From the NCBI GenBank assembly GCA_964016885.1, contig OZ024741.1, positions 50,344,001-50,408,000 on the forward strand: a DNA stretch of 64,000 nucleotides. Reading direction: 5' to 3'. The position numbers and the translations under genes were made by a program. Below are positions 14,131 to 28,519 of this stretch, piece by piece. Source of the stretch: Eledone cirrhosa. Its lineage: Eukaryota. The notes under the pieces are model-generated. The model did no database searches. It was not told the DNA's origin and saw only the letters and a list, made by a program, of their open reading frames with translations. Positions within the stretch are counted from its first letter, which is position 1. The number at the start of each line of letters is the position of its first letter.

Positions 14131-15098
14131 CAGTCTGTTGATACTAGGCTTGATCAGTCAACACAGATGTCACAATAACCAACCCAATGGCCCAGAAAGG
14201 AAATTCATTGAATCATGACAAATCAGTCAATCATTATCATGTGTGCATGTGTGTGTGCATGTGTCCTTATGAATACTTGTATGCTTATGAGTGCCTCTAA
14301 GTGTGTGTATACGTGCCTATGTCTGAATGTGTGGCTATGTGTGGATGTGTGTGCATGCCTACATATGCCTGTATGCCCATATACATAAGATGTGCATGGA
14401 TTTACACTCGTATATAATAGAATCTCCATATTTTCAAAGTATGTGTTGTTGCTACATGAGTGTTTTATATTAGTATTGTAGTGCCATGTTATTTTAACAT
14501 TTTAGAAACATTTTCAGAATAGTGGATTATTCCATATACAGGATCTGTCCATGAACCACCACCATCTCCGCCGCCACTACTACTGCTACCACTGCGACTA
14601 CTACCACTGCAACCACCACCACTGCTCCTACCACAACCAACACCACTACTACTACTCCTACCACAACCCCCACCACCACCAACACCACTTCTACTACTAC
14701 TAGCAGTGGTGGTAGAAGTAGTACTACTACAATGTCGAGCTGTTTTGCCAAAGTTTAGTGGGTCAGAAGGTAAAGAATCAGAGAATAATAGCAACTTTCA
14801 GTAGGATGCAACTGAATTGGAAGAAACAGTTTGGCCTTCAAATACAAGTTAAACAAAACACACATATACATGTGTGTATGTGCATATATATGTGTGTGCA
14901 TGTGATCATTGGTAACAACAATCCCTTGAGATCAAAGATGATTATCCAGTAGATTTAACTTTTGAGTGTGTGTGTGAGTGTATGTGTGCATTAGTATATA
15001 TATTATAAATGAATGCACATGTGCATGTATGTGTGCCTATGTACACATCATACACACAGTTTTTTTTAGCTATTTTTCTATGTAAGAAATGATAGCTG

Positions 15099-15357
15099 AA
15101 TTTAGCCAGATGTATCATCAGAAGGAATACATGTGGTACTCTCAGGGAATACATGTGGTACTCATCCAGAAATATAGGAGTGGGGGTGGGGGAATGTGTA
15201 ATTTAGCCAAATGTGTCATCAGAAGGAATACATGTGGTACCCATCCAGAAATATAGGAGTGGAGGTGGGGGAATGTATAATTTAGCCAAATGTGTCATCA
15301 GAAGGAATACATGTGGTACTCATCCAGAAATATAGGGGTGGGGGAATGTATAATTTA
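15099..15357. repeat. ~79 bp tandem repeat, ~3 copies
   Basis: AATTTAGCCA.ATGT.TCATCAGAAGGAATACATGTGGTAC...GGGGGAATGT repeated. Confidence 0.85.
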
Positions 15358-17794
15358 GAAAAACACCAGATTTCAATCTTCAAACTGAGACTCTCAGATT
15401 CATACACATAATTTTCACATTTCTTCAATGGAGCATACAAAAAATACTGAAGGAAGTACATAGTAAGTTGAACTGCAGATAATATCCTCTAGATTTCCTC
15501 TCTCATCCCACCTGACCCTCAACTATCTCCAATTAACACTTTTGATGCCATCCCACTGAAGATTATGCCTGGTACTAGAAGCTAAGATTCTAGACTGAGA
15601 AAAGTACAGAATGCCTTGAGGAATTTGTTTCAGCTCTTTGTACTCTGACTTTAAATATCTTCAAGGTCACTTTTGCCTTTTGCCATTTTGGGATCAATAA
15701 AGTACCAATCTAGTACTGGGGGGCTGCAGACAAACCTGGAGAGGGATGGGTTCCATCAGGTTTATATATCCAAGGCACACCATGTCTCAGTGGCTCCCTA
15801 ACAACTATTAGGAAATGGGGGCCCCAAGACAAAGCATTTCATTTAAAACCTTCCTACACAATTTTATCCTGTTGATGCTATTTACTTCTATGTCAGATCA
15901 AGTAAAGTTATTTGAGACATGACCATCCTGTCCTTTTTTTCCCCAAAGTATTTTAAATCACATTATCCAATGTCTTTTTCTAAGATAGCATGGTGTGATT
16001 TGGGGAAGAATTAGTTGCTTTTTATAACAGATTGAGGGACCACATACAGACTTCTTACTTCATCATAATTTTATATCAGAGCCTCCAACTTTGGAAAATA
16101 TCCTCAAACCAGAGACTGGACTTGATAGCTTGCAGCAGTGTGCAAACTGCTAAGGGCCCGCCTAAGGCTAGGTTGTGATATCAGTTCAAGTTTACCACCC
16201 AAGTAGGCCACAATGGGATTTGAACTCGAACATAAAGAGCCAGAGCAAATATTGTAACAGATCTCCTCCAACACTCAACAGGATAAGAATATTCTAAACA
16301 CCTGTTAAATATTTTCAAAATTAATTGAAACAGAGTATTTCATTAGACATATGGTTACAAAAACATTAAGGAACCCCATGAAATACAAAGTGAACTGACT
16401 CCAACCTAGGAAGTAGGTGGGTTTCAGGGCCCGCACAAAAAGAGGTTCGCCTCAAATCCATCCCAGACTTCATACAGTATCTTATGATAGACAGCAAAAT
16501 GAACTTCTAAATTATTTCTGTACAACTAATCTTTCTGGCCCTATTTTAGAATCCTTCAAGATAAAAACAGCTGGTAATAATTTTATGAAGCCCCATTACA
16601 TCATATACTAGGGTGCGTAGTTCACACATGTTGGATAGTGTTGTTTCTGTGTGTGCATACATACATACAGACATAGACATATACACACAGATACAGACAT
16701 ACACACACATCTGAGGGAATGTTATCTGACAGACAAACAAGCTTTTATTCACCCACACACATTCAATCAACATATGCCTCCCCACTGTCTTTACTGCTAT
16801 CACTATCTTTTTCTCCTTTAACACACTCCACTGTGTCCTCTCTTGGTCTTCTCTACTGCTACTACAACAACCGCTGCTTCTTTAAACCCACCATACTATA
16901 ACTCACTCTTTCAAAACATGTGACATACTTTTTCCTTCCACCTCTCTTCACATCAACTATTTCTCAACCCCAAGACACCACTGAATTTAAAAATGCTAGT
17001 CTTCCTTTTCTAAGTAAATAAATGGAACATCAATAGTTTTAACAATGAGTACTCAGTTGTTGAATCAACTGAATTACCTATTTATTAAATTCACATATAA
17101 GTGGCTGAACAATCATCATAATCATCATCATCAATTTTATGTACAATTTTCCATACTTCCATCTCAGACAGAATTTGTAACTGAAAGGACCAGCCTTGTC
17201 ACACAGTGTTACAAATACAATCCAATTCATGGCCTTTAGCACAGGTTTCTGTCAACCCGGTTTCACATAAGGTTAGGATTCATCCAAAGCTATGGTAAAC
17301 ACAAACACAAGTTCCTAACAAATATTCTAAATTACACACAACCCCCTTCAATTTCCTGCAAATTAAATTTTTTGTTATAATTAATCTGCAGAATAAGAAG
17401 CAGTCAAATAGCTCAATCGGTAGAAATCCAAACCAACTGCTTTATGGTATTTAGTTACATCCTTTTATGTTCTCAGTTCAAATCCAACCAGAGCTGATAA
17501 AATGTACTCATCATGTACTGGGTTCAATATAAACCATACCTCCCTACATACTTATGGATGTAAAGTTAAAACTTCAACAAGTGAAATGTTTCTGTCATCA
17601 GATGGTAGCACTTCAAAAATATTGGGGGAGGGCACCCCATGCTATATTCCCTTCCTCCTTCTGTTTATGCTATCATTACAAAGCACACACAAATTCAGTT
17701 GTGTTGGGCATTTATGGGCTGTTAATAGTTTTAACTCCAGAAGCTTAATCCAGATATGGTACAAAGGTAGATGGGGCAGAAACTAACACACTAT

Positions 17795-18045
17795 CATCAT
17801 CATCCGCTTTTCCCTGCTTGCAAGGGTGGGACGGGAACTGATTCTGGCTTGATTTCTACAACTGGATGCCCTTCCTAACACCAACCTCATTTACAGTGAG
17901 TGCTGGGTGTTTTTTTGCCGTAGCACCTCCACAACCACTTTGCAGTGGAATGATAGGAAACAACACATCACCCAGTCTGAGAATTGAACTCACAACCTTT
18001 CGATTGCAAGGCCAATGCTCTAACCACTAAGCCATGTGCCTCACA
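17795..18045 (-). mobile_element. tRNA-derived SINE, same family, internally deleted
   Basis: The reverse complement matches both head and tail of 41925-42270. Confidence 0.85.
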
Positions 18046-18931
18046 ATGTGTAAATCTCCCAGATAATTTTCCTTTCTTTTCTACTTGTTTCACTCAGTAG
18101 CTTGCTGTCATGTTGGGGGCACTGCTTTGATTTAGTCAATCATATCAACCCCAGAGAGTTGTTGAACTGTTAAATTACAGGACATAAACACAGACAAACA
18201 CAAACAGATGCACATACACACACATATGTATATGTATCCACACACACACACAATAGGCTTCTGCAGTGTCTGTCCACCCAATTCCACTCACAAGGCCTCG
18301 GTCAATCCAAGGTTACAATAGAAGACACGTGTGCGAGGCACCAAGTAGCAGGACTGAACCTAGAACTCACTGGTTACAAAGTAAACTCGTTAACCACTCA
18401 GCTATGCCTGTGCCTATAAAAGGAAATGAGCTGATCATCAACTGCTGACACTATCTGCTGAGTGCAACTCCTGGCAGAAGGAACAATGTGAAATAAAGTA
18501 TTTTGCTCAAGAACACAATGTGCTCCTCAGTCAAGAAATCAGAAGACCTAGAAAGACATATGGACAAAGTAGTGAAGACTGATGATCTTAGGAATCTGAA
18601 CCTCATGGCAGAGATGACAAAAGACTGTGAGGATAGCTGATATGCAGTACTAGACTACTGGAGCCCAGTATACCCTTAGTATCAACCCCCAACCCATTTC
18701 TGCTATAGTATCTGCTATCCCCTTACAATCTTCCCAGAACACTTGTCATACACCCATCACATTAATCTATACTCTAAAAAGGATGTGAAAAGGTATGATG
18801 ACAACATACTGTATATATAAAGATTCAGAAAAAATTCATAGGGACTCACTCTCAACATGAAAACCAAATGGTATGTTCAGTGCGAACATATATAATGTAG
18901 AGAGCTTAGAAATTTAAAATAATTTAAATTG

Positions 18932-19090
18932 TTAGCTTAAACCGGCCATACCGGCCAGAATTCTCTAATCTCTTTCTGTTCAAACTGGCCATAACCAGCC
19001 ACTCATATTGATGTTAAGGTATTGTTCTGAGGTAAAGCCTTTACCACGAAAATATAATAGTAAGTATAGAAATATGGAAATGCTAAAGGG
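18932..19090. mobile_element. piggyBac-like MITE, second copy (internally deleted, inverted)
   Basis: Shares GGCCAGAATTCTCT, TTCAAACTGGCCATAAC and GGTAAAGCCTTTACCAC with 4315-4523; ends AATGCTAAAGGG|TTAA. Confidence 0.7.
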
Positions 19091-22000
19091 TTAAAGATCA
19101 ATTCTAGTCAAGAAAGGCAGGAGATATAAACCTGGAATTTTGATTTAAAATATTTAACCCTTTTGTTACCATATTTCTAATGAAATACACTGTATTTAAA
19201 TTAATTAATGAAGAATTTGGAGATTATTTCATTATCAAGATGGTATTTGTAACATAATTTTTGAAAACATTCTTATATCAAATTATGTAGGAAGATTATA
19301 ATATTTTAAACAGGAACACTTTAAAACAGTTGACTTTGTTTCATAGAACTACAGGTGTTTTTTTTTTTGTTTTTTTTTTTGTTTTTGTTTTTTTTTTGGG
19401 GGGGGGGTATTGAAATGGCTAAAAATAGATTGTGGGTAATGTAACAGGCGTGAGGGATCTTGGCAATATGGTGATTACTCCAGGCATGTTTCAAACTTAT
19501 TAAACCTCCTCATTAGAGTGTAGACTTTATTAGGGTTGCTAGACAAAGATGAATTCAGAGAGTGGGTGAGAATGTGTGTATGTGTGCATGTGTGTGTGTG
19601 CGTGCGTGCAAATAAATACCTGGAGAAACACCAGAGGTTCAAATCAAATTCACAATTTTTTTTTAATACAGGTACATCACTGTTTAACGTCCATTTTCCA
19701 TGCTTGCGTGGGTCAGATGAGTCATCCGCGTTGAAAGACAAGTCTGGCCAGAAATGGCCAGGCCATACCTTGCTCCGACGGGACTGTAAATTTGGCAGAG
19801 GTTTTTACAGCTAGATGCCCTTCCTAACACCAACCACATTTTGGTTGCAAATTTAAAGTACTGGTCTATTGACTAAGGACATCATAGGTTCAAACTTTGT
19901 AGCCAATCTATTGTGCTACTAACACAGCCCACCTCAGCAGAGCAAGCAAAACATTATTTCTCTCTCACACACACACTTTTTCATCGTTCCTCACCCCCAC
20001 TCTCTCTCTCTCTCTCTAACCATCTATAAAATAAGTGTCACTCCTACATTACAGCTGAAGGTTTAGTGAATAGGCAGCTGTGAAAACAATTGCTACATAT
20101 AATTCATGTGCAAATATGAAAATTTACAAAATACAAAAAAAAAAAAAAGAAGAAGCAAGAGACAAAATGCCCTTCCTCCACTCAGTCTATCTTGCTGCCA
20201 CCACCACCCACTCAATCTGTGCTTGCATGAACCAAAATAGGTTGTCAAACAGTTTTAAAAAATATCTTTCTTCAACTGACATCATTTAAAGAAGGAGGGC
20301 GTTCTTTCGTTATAAACATCTCTATTTCTCCATACCTATATACATACAAATCAGTTTACAACACCCAGAGACAATGTCTGAGAGCGGGGAGGGTTGGACG
20401 GGAGTAGAGAAAGAACATGATTCAAGTGAAGGACCAAAATTTGAAGGAGGGCTACTAGGAATTGCTAACAGAGAAGGCAGAATGAAAAATCACATGGTTA
20501 CTGTCAAAAATAACTTGAGATGTAAAAGGATTGCTTTCTGGAACAATGTAAATATCTAAAACATTTACCCAACAACCTACAACTAACTTTTCAGGAAGAA
20601 AAAGGCATGCTATATGATCAAATCTATTATCAAAAATGTTCTAGCTATGATCATCCCATCTTTTGGTATATCAGGGACATTATTTTCCAATATTACCTTC
20701 CTTTTATATGATTTGAAGGGGGTTTGACTGCTATTTTTAAAAGGTCAAGCAACCATGCAGAGGCTCCATTGTTGGCTTGAGCTATATATATACCATTGGT
20801 AGACTGACAAAGTCAATAGAGCAATGGTTTTAAAGGACTTGCACTATTTTGTTACATCCCTTTACATTCTAAGTTTAAATCACACAGTGTATAACATTGT
20901 CTTTCATCCTTCAAAGATTAATAAAATAAGTACAAGTCTGTATTCAATTTTGATATCTAGCTGTAGTCATTCCACCAATACAGCTGCTACTCAATCTCAT
21001 TTCTCCTTACCTTTAAATCTAGAAGACTTGTATAGGACAGTGAAATATCAGACATAGTAGAGGCCTAGAATAAGTTCCTGGAATGTCAGTAGGACAGTGG
21101 AATCAAAATAGAGACCCACACATGGTGAGTTCAAATTACCATGTGCTAGGGTCAATTTTGCCTTTCAACCATTTTGAGGTCAATAAAAAGAACTACAAGA
21201 AATGCATTTGAGTTTGATCCACACAACAATGCGAGTCCTTGTGTCAATATTATATTATTATATAGAGCAGTGAATGTTGGAAGAATCCATAGAGCGAGAA
21301 AATTATTTGCAGTATTTGTTTAGTTACGTTGCTTTATGTTATGAATTCAAATCCAGCTGAGTCAGCTTTGCCTTTCACCTTTCCAGACTCAATAAAATAA
21401 AGGACTAGTCGATTACTAGAGTTGATTTCATTGAGTAACCCCTAACTTCATTCCACTGACCCACCAAACTTTTAACCTTAAGCATATGTTTAAAAAATTA
21501 TCTTCATCATTATTATATTGTTATGTTCTGAATTTTCATCTTGCTGGAGTCAATTTTGTCTTTTGTCCTTTAAGGATTGATAAATACCAGCTAAGTACTG
21601 AGGTCATTGGATCAACTATATCTTTCTCCAAAAGATTGTGACCTTGCATCCACTTTATAAATTTTCTTATTGGATGATAGAATTAGTTGAACCCTGGAGA
21701 AAATATTTACAGTATTTTAGTTACAGCTCTTTACACTCTGAATTCAAATTGCAAAGACAACTGGGCTGTCTCACAACACCTACCCTTCAATTATTAATAA
21801 CCCTCTGCTTAGATTAGAAATCAGCAGCATCAACACCATTGAGAATATCAACTGTTTTTCTATGAAAAGAGTTTCACTGAGATAGAGTGAGTTGCTGTTT
21901 AGCCCCTTAAATGTCCTGGTCAAGAAGGCATAAAACCAAATTGTTATGTAGCCTGATTTCAGCTCTGGTCAGAATTGAAATCGTTCAGTCCCATGTCCAT

Positions 22001-22947
22001 CTTAAGTCAATTCTGGTCAAGTAGACTTCAGGAAAAGTTGTTTAGCAGCATGTCAGCCCAAATTGGTGGAGCACTGGTATGATCAAAGTTGTTGCTTAGC
22101 CTCACATTAGTACTGGGTCAGCCCTATTCCATAAAGGCTATGGCAAAAAGCATTCCAACTTTTCAGTTTATTTCAGACTACATTATCCAACCCGTCGTTC
22201 CCTTTTTTTTTAAGACAATAGAGAAAGATTTAAAAGATTTGGTTGTTATTTCTAGTAGGCTGAGTAACTATGTAGATGTACCCTCATTGGTTCATAGGAT
22301 GAAAACTATGTGTAAATGACAATAACAGCAGAATGAAGACAGAATAATAAAACAAAGAGGAAAGAAAGAATGTGGGAGAAAAGCAGAGGTTAAAGAAGAA
22401 TTGAATGAGGGGCTGGTTATAGCAGCCAGCTGCCTTTAAAAAAAAACTAAGTCTGCCAGCCTACCTAATTCCAATGAAATGCCAAGAGCAGATGACTGCT
22501 ATAGGAATCAGAGTCAATCAAATGGTGATAAGATTACAGATTATCTAAGACATCACATTAAAACAAAACATTTTTTTTAAAACTAAGTTTTTTTTTTAAA
22601 TGGGTTTCTTGAAATATTTTTTCAAGAAAATAGTGTTTGTGTGTAGCAACAAATTCATTTATGTATAATCACATCTATACTCCATATAAACATTTATGTA
22701 CAAAAATATACAAATATATTTCTTTTATACGTATTTTTTACTGCAGTCAGTTAAGTCAATCACATCAACCCAGTACTTATTTTTATGTCTGGTTTTTACT
22801 TTAGCAATCTCTATTTGTCAATAGTCATGGGATATAAATAAAATGCACAGGCCGTTAACCAGTGTAAACATAAACACATGCAGAAACAATAATAAGCGTC
22901 CACAATTTCTGTCTATCAAATTCCACTCACAGGGCATTGGCCAACCC

Positions 22948-22978
<31 letters not shown>

Positions 22979-23432
22979 TCGACTAAATGTACCATGTTTT
23001 TGTTTTGTCTTCTTTTGGTTATATATATATATAATGAAAGAAAAAGGAAAACAAAATAAAGTGTACAAATAAATCCATTGTTTTACATTTGTTTCCATGT
23101 GAATATATCATCATGCAGGCTAATTGACAGTGGGTAAACCCATACCACCAACTTTGAAAATGCACACCTATTGCTATGATTAAGCAGCCCATTCATGTGT
23201 GTATGTGTGTGCGCATATGTTCAGATGATCCTGCTTAGGGTAAAAGCAAAAGTTGTTTGCCTACACTTTTAATCTGTACTAATAATATATAGAGAGAGAA
23301 AGAGGGAGTGAGGAGAGAGAGGGGAGAGACTAATGATAGTAACTGGCACTGTTCAAGAAAGATGACTTGGTCACTGAACAATTTCTTTGCCAATAATAAT
23401 TACAATTCTGCATAAATATATCTATGTATACA

Positions 23433-23434
<2 letters not shown>

Positions 23435-23481
<47 letters not shown>

Positions 23482-23483
23482 GG

Positions 23484-23532
<49 letters not shown>
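23435..23532. repeat. (GA)n microsatellite
   Basis: Directly visible. Confidence 0.95.
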
Positions 23533-23536
<4 letters not shown>

Positions 23537-23739
23537 CTTGCTCTTGTCCCATAATGTAGAAGTTTAGAGATCAATAATAAGTAATAGATTGAAATAAGTA
23601 CTGACATCAATATGATTGCTAAAACTCTTTAAAATGTTGCCCCTGCATGATCCGAGGTCAATTGAATGACTGAAACTAAATCAGTGAAAGATCTGATTCC
23701 TTTTTATTCTTATTGTTCATTTGCTTTGTTGAAGAGCAT

Positions 23740-24260
23740 GCAGTTAGAAGAGTTCTCACGTTCACTCCAAATGCTAGGCATCACTACCACTGAAGATTTC
23801 CCGTGGCAAACATAGCTAGAAATGCATCTAACAGATTGACCTTTTTCTTCAAAACCAGAAAATAGTCAAGCCTCTAACAACTTCTGACCCTCTACAATGT
23901 TCAGGTGAGACCCACAATAGAATAGTGCTCCCACACATACATCCTAGATCACATCTAGAAAAGTGGTACTCATCAGATTAGCATCAAATCAGTGACAGAC
24001 ACACTCAAGCCTCTGATCCACAATTCTACTGCTACTCCTCTACTGCTACTCCACCTTCATTCAGGTACTTCCCCGCTTCATTTGGCTCTCCTCCTCCCAT
24101 CACCCATTTTGGGTCCAGCCCCCAGTCCTTGCAGCACTCATTATACCCTGTCCTTCGTCCCCAGAATGCCATCCCTTTGGAATCCCTCACCCCTACTCAA
24201 ACATGTCATTCATGAAAGGGTTTATTTGTAACAATTTAAACATCAACAGTTTCAATCTCT
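23740..24260 (+). mobile_element. CR1/L2-group LINE 3' relic
   Basis: LLTLYNVQVRPTIE*CSH and SFVPR..SLWN motifs. Confidence 0.65.
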
Positions 24261-24369
24261 GCAAAGGTTACAAGCACAGCCCCTTCCTCCAGGTCTAGCA
24301 AAAAAGAAAAAAAATGTGGTAATTGAAGTAAATTAAAAATAATCTGTAACATGAATACCTGAAATTATG

Positions 24370-24760
24370 TGATCAGTTTGAAGACTGATTTTGAGTGGGC
24401 CCCATACAGCCCTCATTTAAGTCCCCCCCATCCCAAATTTCTTTCCTTGGAGTTATCTGAAGGATAGTGTATATGTAACAAACCCAGGACCATCACTGAA
24501 CTAAAGGAAAACATCAGGGAGATCACAGCCATCCCTATGTCTGTTTGTAACGACAATGCTAAATTTCACCATTCAGATCAGTTAGAATATGTTCTGTAAC
24601 TCTGGACAGAAACATCAAAAGATAGTGAATTTTTGATATGTTGTTTTTAATGGTTTGAACTAAATATATTCTGAGTTTTATTAGTTTTTGTCAAATAAGA
24701 AATAATGTAGACAAAAATAAAAATGGGGCCAGTTTTTTTTTTTTTTTTATTCACCCTATA
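24370..24760 (+). mobile_element. Tc1/mariner-superfamily 3' relic (DD37D/DD41D-like)
   Basis: WAPYSPHLSPP..F.W.YLKDSVY...PRTITELKENI; ends in TIR-like TTTTTTATTCACCCTA followed by TA. Confidence 0.65.
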
Positions 24761-24774
24761 TTATAATAATTGTT

Positions 24775-24940
24775 TCTATTTTAGGCACAAGGCCGCAATT
24801 ACCCAGTACATTACTGGTACTTTATTTTATCGACCCCGTAAGGATGAAAGGCAAAGTTAACCTCGGCGGGATTTGAACTCTGAATGGCAAGGACCGTAAC
24901 TCTATGCATCAAAGCATGGTGTCTGACTCTCTACCGATAC
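24775..24940 (-). mobile_element. Core-SINE copy
   Basis: Near-identical reverse complement of 9975-10165. Confidence 0.75.
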
Positions 24941-25199
24941 TAATAAAACTTTATAAGACTTGTTTATCCACAAATAGAAATGGCTTCCACATGTCAATAT
25001 TGCAAACTGACCTAATATATTCAATAAATCAGTAAACAAACAGGTGTAACAGGTGCAGCTCAAGATAATGAGGAAATAAATTAAAATCGGGACAGGTGGT
25101 TTTATTGAGACAATTTAATCATCTCGCTCACAATGTCTTAATATTCACTACAGTTAAAAGATGGCCTATATGACGGAGACAGGATTAAAAAATAATAGA

Positions 25200-25500
25200 C
25201 ATGGAGAGCTTGCTGACAACAGACATCTCAACCAGCCCAACTGAATGCCAACCCCAATACAGCCTTCCCACCAGGCGCTAAGCTCACTCCGAGAGAGTGG
25301 GTGTCCCTGAATCAGCTACGCACAGGTGTCGGCTGATCCAATGCAACCATACACCACTGGAGGTTGTGACCATCAGCAGCTTACTAGTGTGGCTCTCCAG
25401 AACAGACTGCAGAATACATACTGAGTGTGTGGACCTCATGCACCTTAGTCCCACAGCCATGAGCTGGTTGCAGCACCTGGTGGATGTCATTATGGAAGAA
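25200..25500 (+). mobile_element. Possible non-LTR C-terminal relic
   Basis: DLMHLSPTAMSWLQHL resembles the terminal helix of some non-LTR ORF2 proteins. Highly degenerate. Confidence 0.3.
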
Positions 25501-26255
25501 GGGGGAGGAAGAAAGTGACAAAAGTAAATCCAAAGACCCAGTCTCCAACAACAACTGTACTACTAATAAATTCAACAGAGCAACATTCAGTAATAACAAG
25601 GAAATTTAAAATCCTGCTTAACTTTACAATCAATACAGTGAGTGCTTATACAAGAAATGGAGAGAGTCTAGGTAAGAAGAGGTGACAATGTTTCCAGGGA
25701 AAGGAATCCTGGTTAAAGCCATTCACTTCACTCTTCAATCTCAAGTAGTGATCAGAGAATTGTTTTTATTTATCACAATTTGATATAAAACAATAATGTA
25801 GTTGGTTACATGTTTCCAATAGGTTGCAGAACAAATACTACAAGGAACTTTCTTCAAAAGATCAAAAGAGAGAATGTTTTTTATGATTTTCTTGATGTTT
25901 ATATCCTTCATCAATATATATCAGCAATGCATGTATACATGCATATATATATATACACACATATATATAAGGCATGGATGTGTGGTTTACTTTGCAACAA
26001 GGTTTGGGGTTTAGTCCGACTGAGTGGCACCTTCAGCAAATGTGTTCTACTACAGTGTTAGGTGGAACAAGGCTTTTTGAGTGAAATATGTTAGCTAGAA
26101 GCTGTACCGCAACTTGTGTTTGTCTTCATGGTGACACTACCGTTTGTTTATGTCAACTAACTTAGCAGTTAGACAGCTGTTTATTAATGGAATAAGTGCC
26201 ATTCTTAAAAAAAACGTAATGGTTGACATCAAGGAGGGCATCCAGATACAAAAAG

Positions 26256-26656
26256 ACATCCACAGAGAAAACACTGCCTTAAAAATACATCCACACAGAA
26301 AACACTGCCTTAAAAATACATCCACACAGAAAACACTGCCTTAAAAATACATCCACACAGAAAACACTGCCTTAAAAATACATCCACACAGAAAACACTG
26401 CCTTAAAAATACATCCACACAGAAAACACTGCCTTAAAAATACATCCACACAGAAAACACTGCCTTAAAAATACATCCACACAGAAAACACTGCCTTAAA
26501 AATACATCCACACAGAAAACACTGCCTTAAAAATACATCCACACAGAAAACACTGCCTTAAAAATACATCCACACAGAAAACACTGCCTTAAAAATACAT
26601 CCACACAGAAAACACTGCCTTAAAAATACATCCACACAGAAAACACTGCCTTAAAA
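26256..26656. repeat. 31 bp minisatellite, ~13 near-perfect copies
   Basis: Unit ACATCCACACAGAAAACACTGCCTTAAAAAT, no spacers. Confidence 0.95.
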
Positions 26657-26924
26657 AGATTCGCCCATGCCTGCAGCGAAAAACAAATGCAATTATGAAT
26701 ATTTTATATATATAAGGAAAATGGATGTTAAAAGATATGTATATATACATTATATGTATATATATAATTCATATATAGACCATGTGAGATAATAGAACAA
26801 TGTAGAATGTAGATAAATATTTATATTATTATTATTATTATCATCATTATGGAAATAACCTTAGTGAAATGTTTCATATTGAGATACATTACAATAAAAA
26901 CAAATTATAAAGAAAAAGACAATG

Positions 26925-27320
26925 AAGATAATGAAAGTAGTTGTGGTGGTGGTGGTGCTACTGCCACTGATGATGATGATAGTGGTGATAATTGTGGTGA
27001 TGATGATAATGAACATGATGATAGTAGTGGTGGTGATAATTGTGGTGATGGTGATAATGAACATGATGATAATAGTGGTGGTGGTGGTGGTGGTGATAAT
27101 TTTGGTGATGATGATGAACATGATGATGATAGTAGTGGTGGTGGTGTTGATAATTGTGGTGATGGGCATCATGATGAACATGATGATGATAGTGGTGGTG
27201 GTGTTGATGATGATGAACATGATGATGATAGTAGTGGTGGTGGTGGTGGTGGTGATAATTGTGGTGATGGTGGTGGTGGTGGTGTTGCTACTGCTGCCGA
27301 TGATGATGACAATGGTAATG
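26925..27320. repeat. Cryptic (GAT/GGT)n trinucleotide repeat
   Basis: Mixed GAT/GGT/AAT triplets with a higher-order GATAATTGTGGTGAT...GAACAT unit. Confidence 0.85.
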
Positions 27321-27629
27321 ACCCAAAGGAATTAATTTCTTACGATGTAACTTTTTCCTAATCTAAAAGGCTGGAAATGATAATTTAGGATTTAAAGAAA
27401 TTTGGCAAGAGTTGCAATTTTGGTTGGTTGGCAGAATTGTAGATGGTGCTGAACAATGGTAATCAATAAGGTGCCAAAACAGCAGACAGCAAGAGATATA
27501 ACTGGGGGGGGGGGGGTAACAAGGAAGGGGTGGGGTGGAGAAAGAAGGGGTGGGGCTAAGAGAATCAAAGAGTCCAAATTTGTATGTAAGAGAAACAAGA
27601 GGGTGTGTAAAAAAGAGAAAGTGAGAGGT

Positions 27630-28375
27630 GTGCGTGAAAGAGATGTGTGTGAGAAAGAGAGAGTTGTATGTGAGAGAAAGGTGTGCGAGAAAGAGAGAGT
27701 TGTATGTGAGAGAAAGGTGTGTGAGAAAGAGAGAGTTGTATGTGAGAGAAAGGTGTGTGAGAAAGAGAGAGTTGTATGTGAGAGAAAGGTGTGTGTGAGA
27801 GAGAGAGGTGTGTGAATGAGAGAGAGAGGTACGTGAGAGAGAGATGTGTGTGAGAGAGAGATGTGTGTGAATGAGAGAGAGAGGTACGTGAGAGAGAGAG
27901 AGGTACGTGAGAGAGAGAGGTACGTGAGAGAGAGATGTGTGTGAATGAGAGAGAGAGGGGTACGTGAGAGAGAGATGTGTGTGAATGAGAGGTACGTGAG
28001 AGAGATGTGTGTGAGAGAGAGATGTGTGTGAAAGAGAGATATGTGAGAGAGAGATGTGTGTGAATGAGAGAGATATGTGAGAGAGAGATATGTGAGAGAG
28101 AGATGTGTGTGAAAGAAAGAGAAAGAGGGTTTGTGTGAGGGTAAGAAAAAAGGTGTGTTTGAGAGGGAGAAATAGGTGAGAGAGAGAGAGGGAGAAATAG
28201 GTGAGAGAGAGAGGGGGAGAGAGAAAGAAAGAAAGCTGTGTGTGTTTGAGAGGGAGAAAGGGAGAGAAGGGGTAAGATATATGAGAGAGAAGGTGTAAGA
28301 GATATGAAAGAGAGAGAGGGTGTAAGAGATATGAGAGAGAGAGGGGGTGTAAGAGATATGAGAGAGAGAGAGATA
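27630..28375. repeat. Complex GA/GT-rich minisatellite
   Basis: 36 bp unit GAGAAAGAGAGAGTTGTATGTGAGAGAAAGGTGTGT x4, decaying into GAGA/GTGT/GTAC variants. Confidence 0.85.
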
Positions 28376-28485
28376 AAGAGAAAGTGACATAAGAAGGGAA
28401 GGGGGGGGAGATACTGTGTGAGAAAGTATATGTGTGCATGTCTGTATTTGTAAATGTTAGTGACATTTTACATGAGACACACGCA

Positions 28486-28519
<34 letters not shown>

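Noticed and set aside
15099-15357. Repeated minus-strand CTGATGA in the 79 bp tandem repeat as a multimeric hammerhead
   Set aside because: No stem II followed by GAAA in the unit.
20260-20340. Possible minus-strand host exon after a TATAG acceptor
   Set aside because: All three frames stop within ~22 codons and there is no convincing donor.
26256-26656. CRISPR-like array of 31 bp repeats
   Set aside because: Units are contiguous with no unique spacers, there are no cas genes, and the context is eukaryotic.
26849-27361. Asp/Gly-rich 170 aa ORF resembling an acidic biomineral protein
   Set aside because: Trinucleotide cryptic repeat open in several frames; similar GAT/GGT tracts are common in the window and there is no splice or signal-peptide support.
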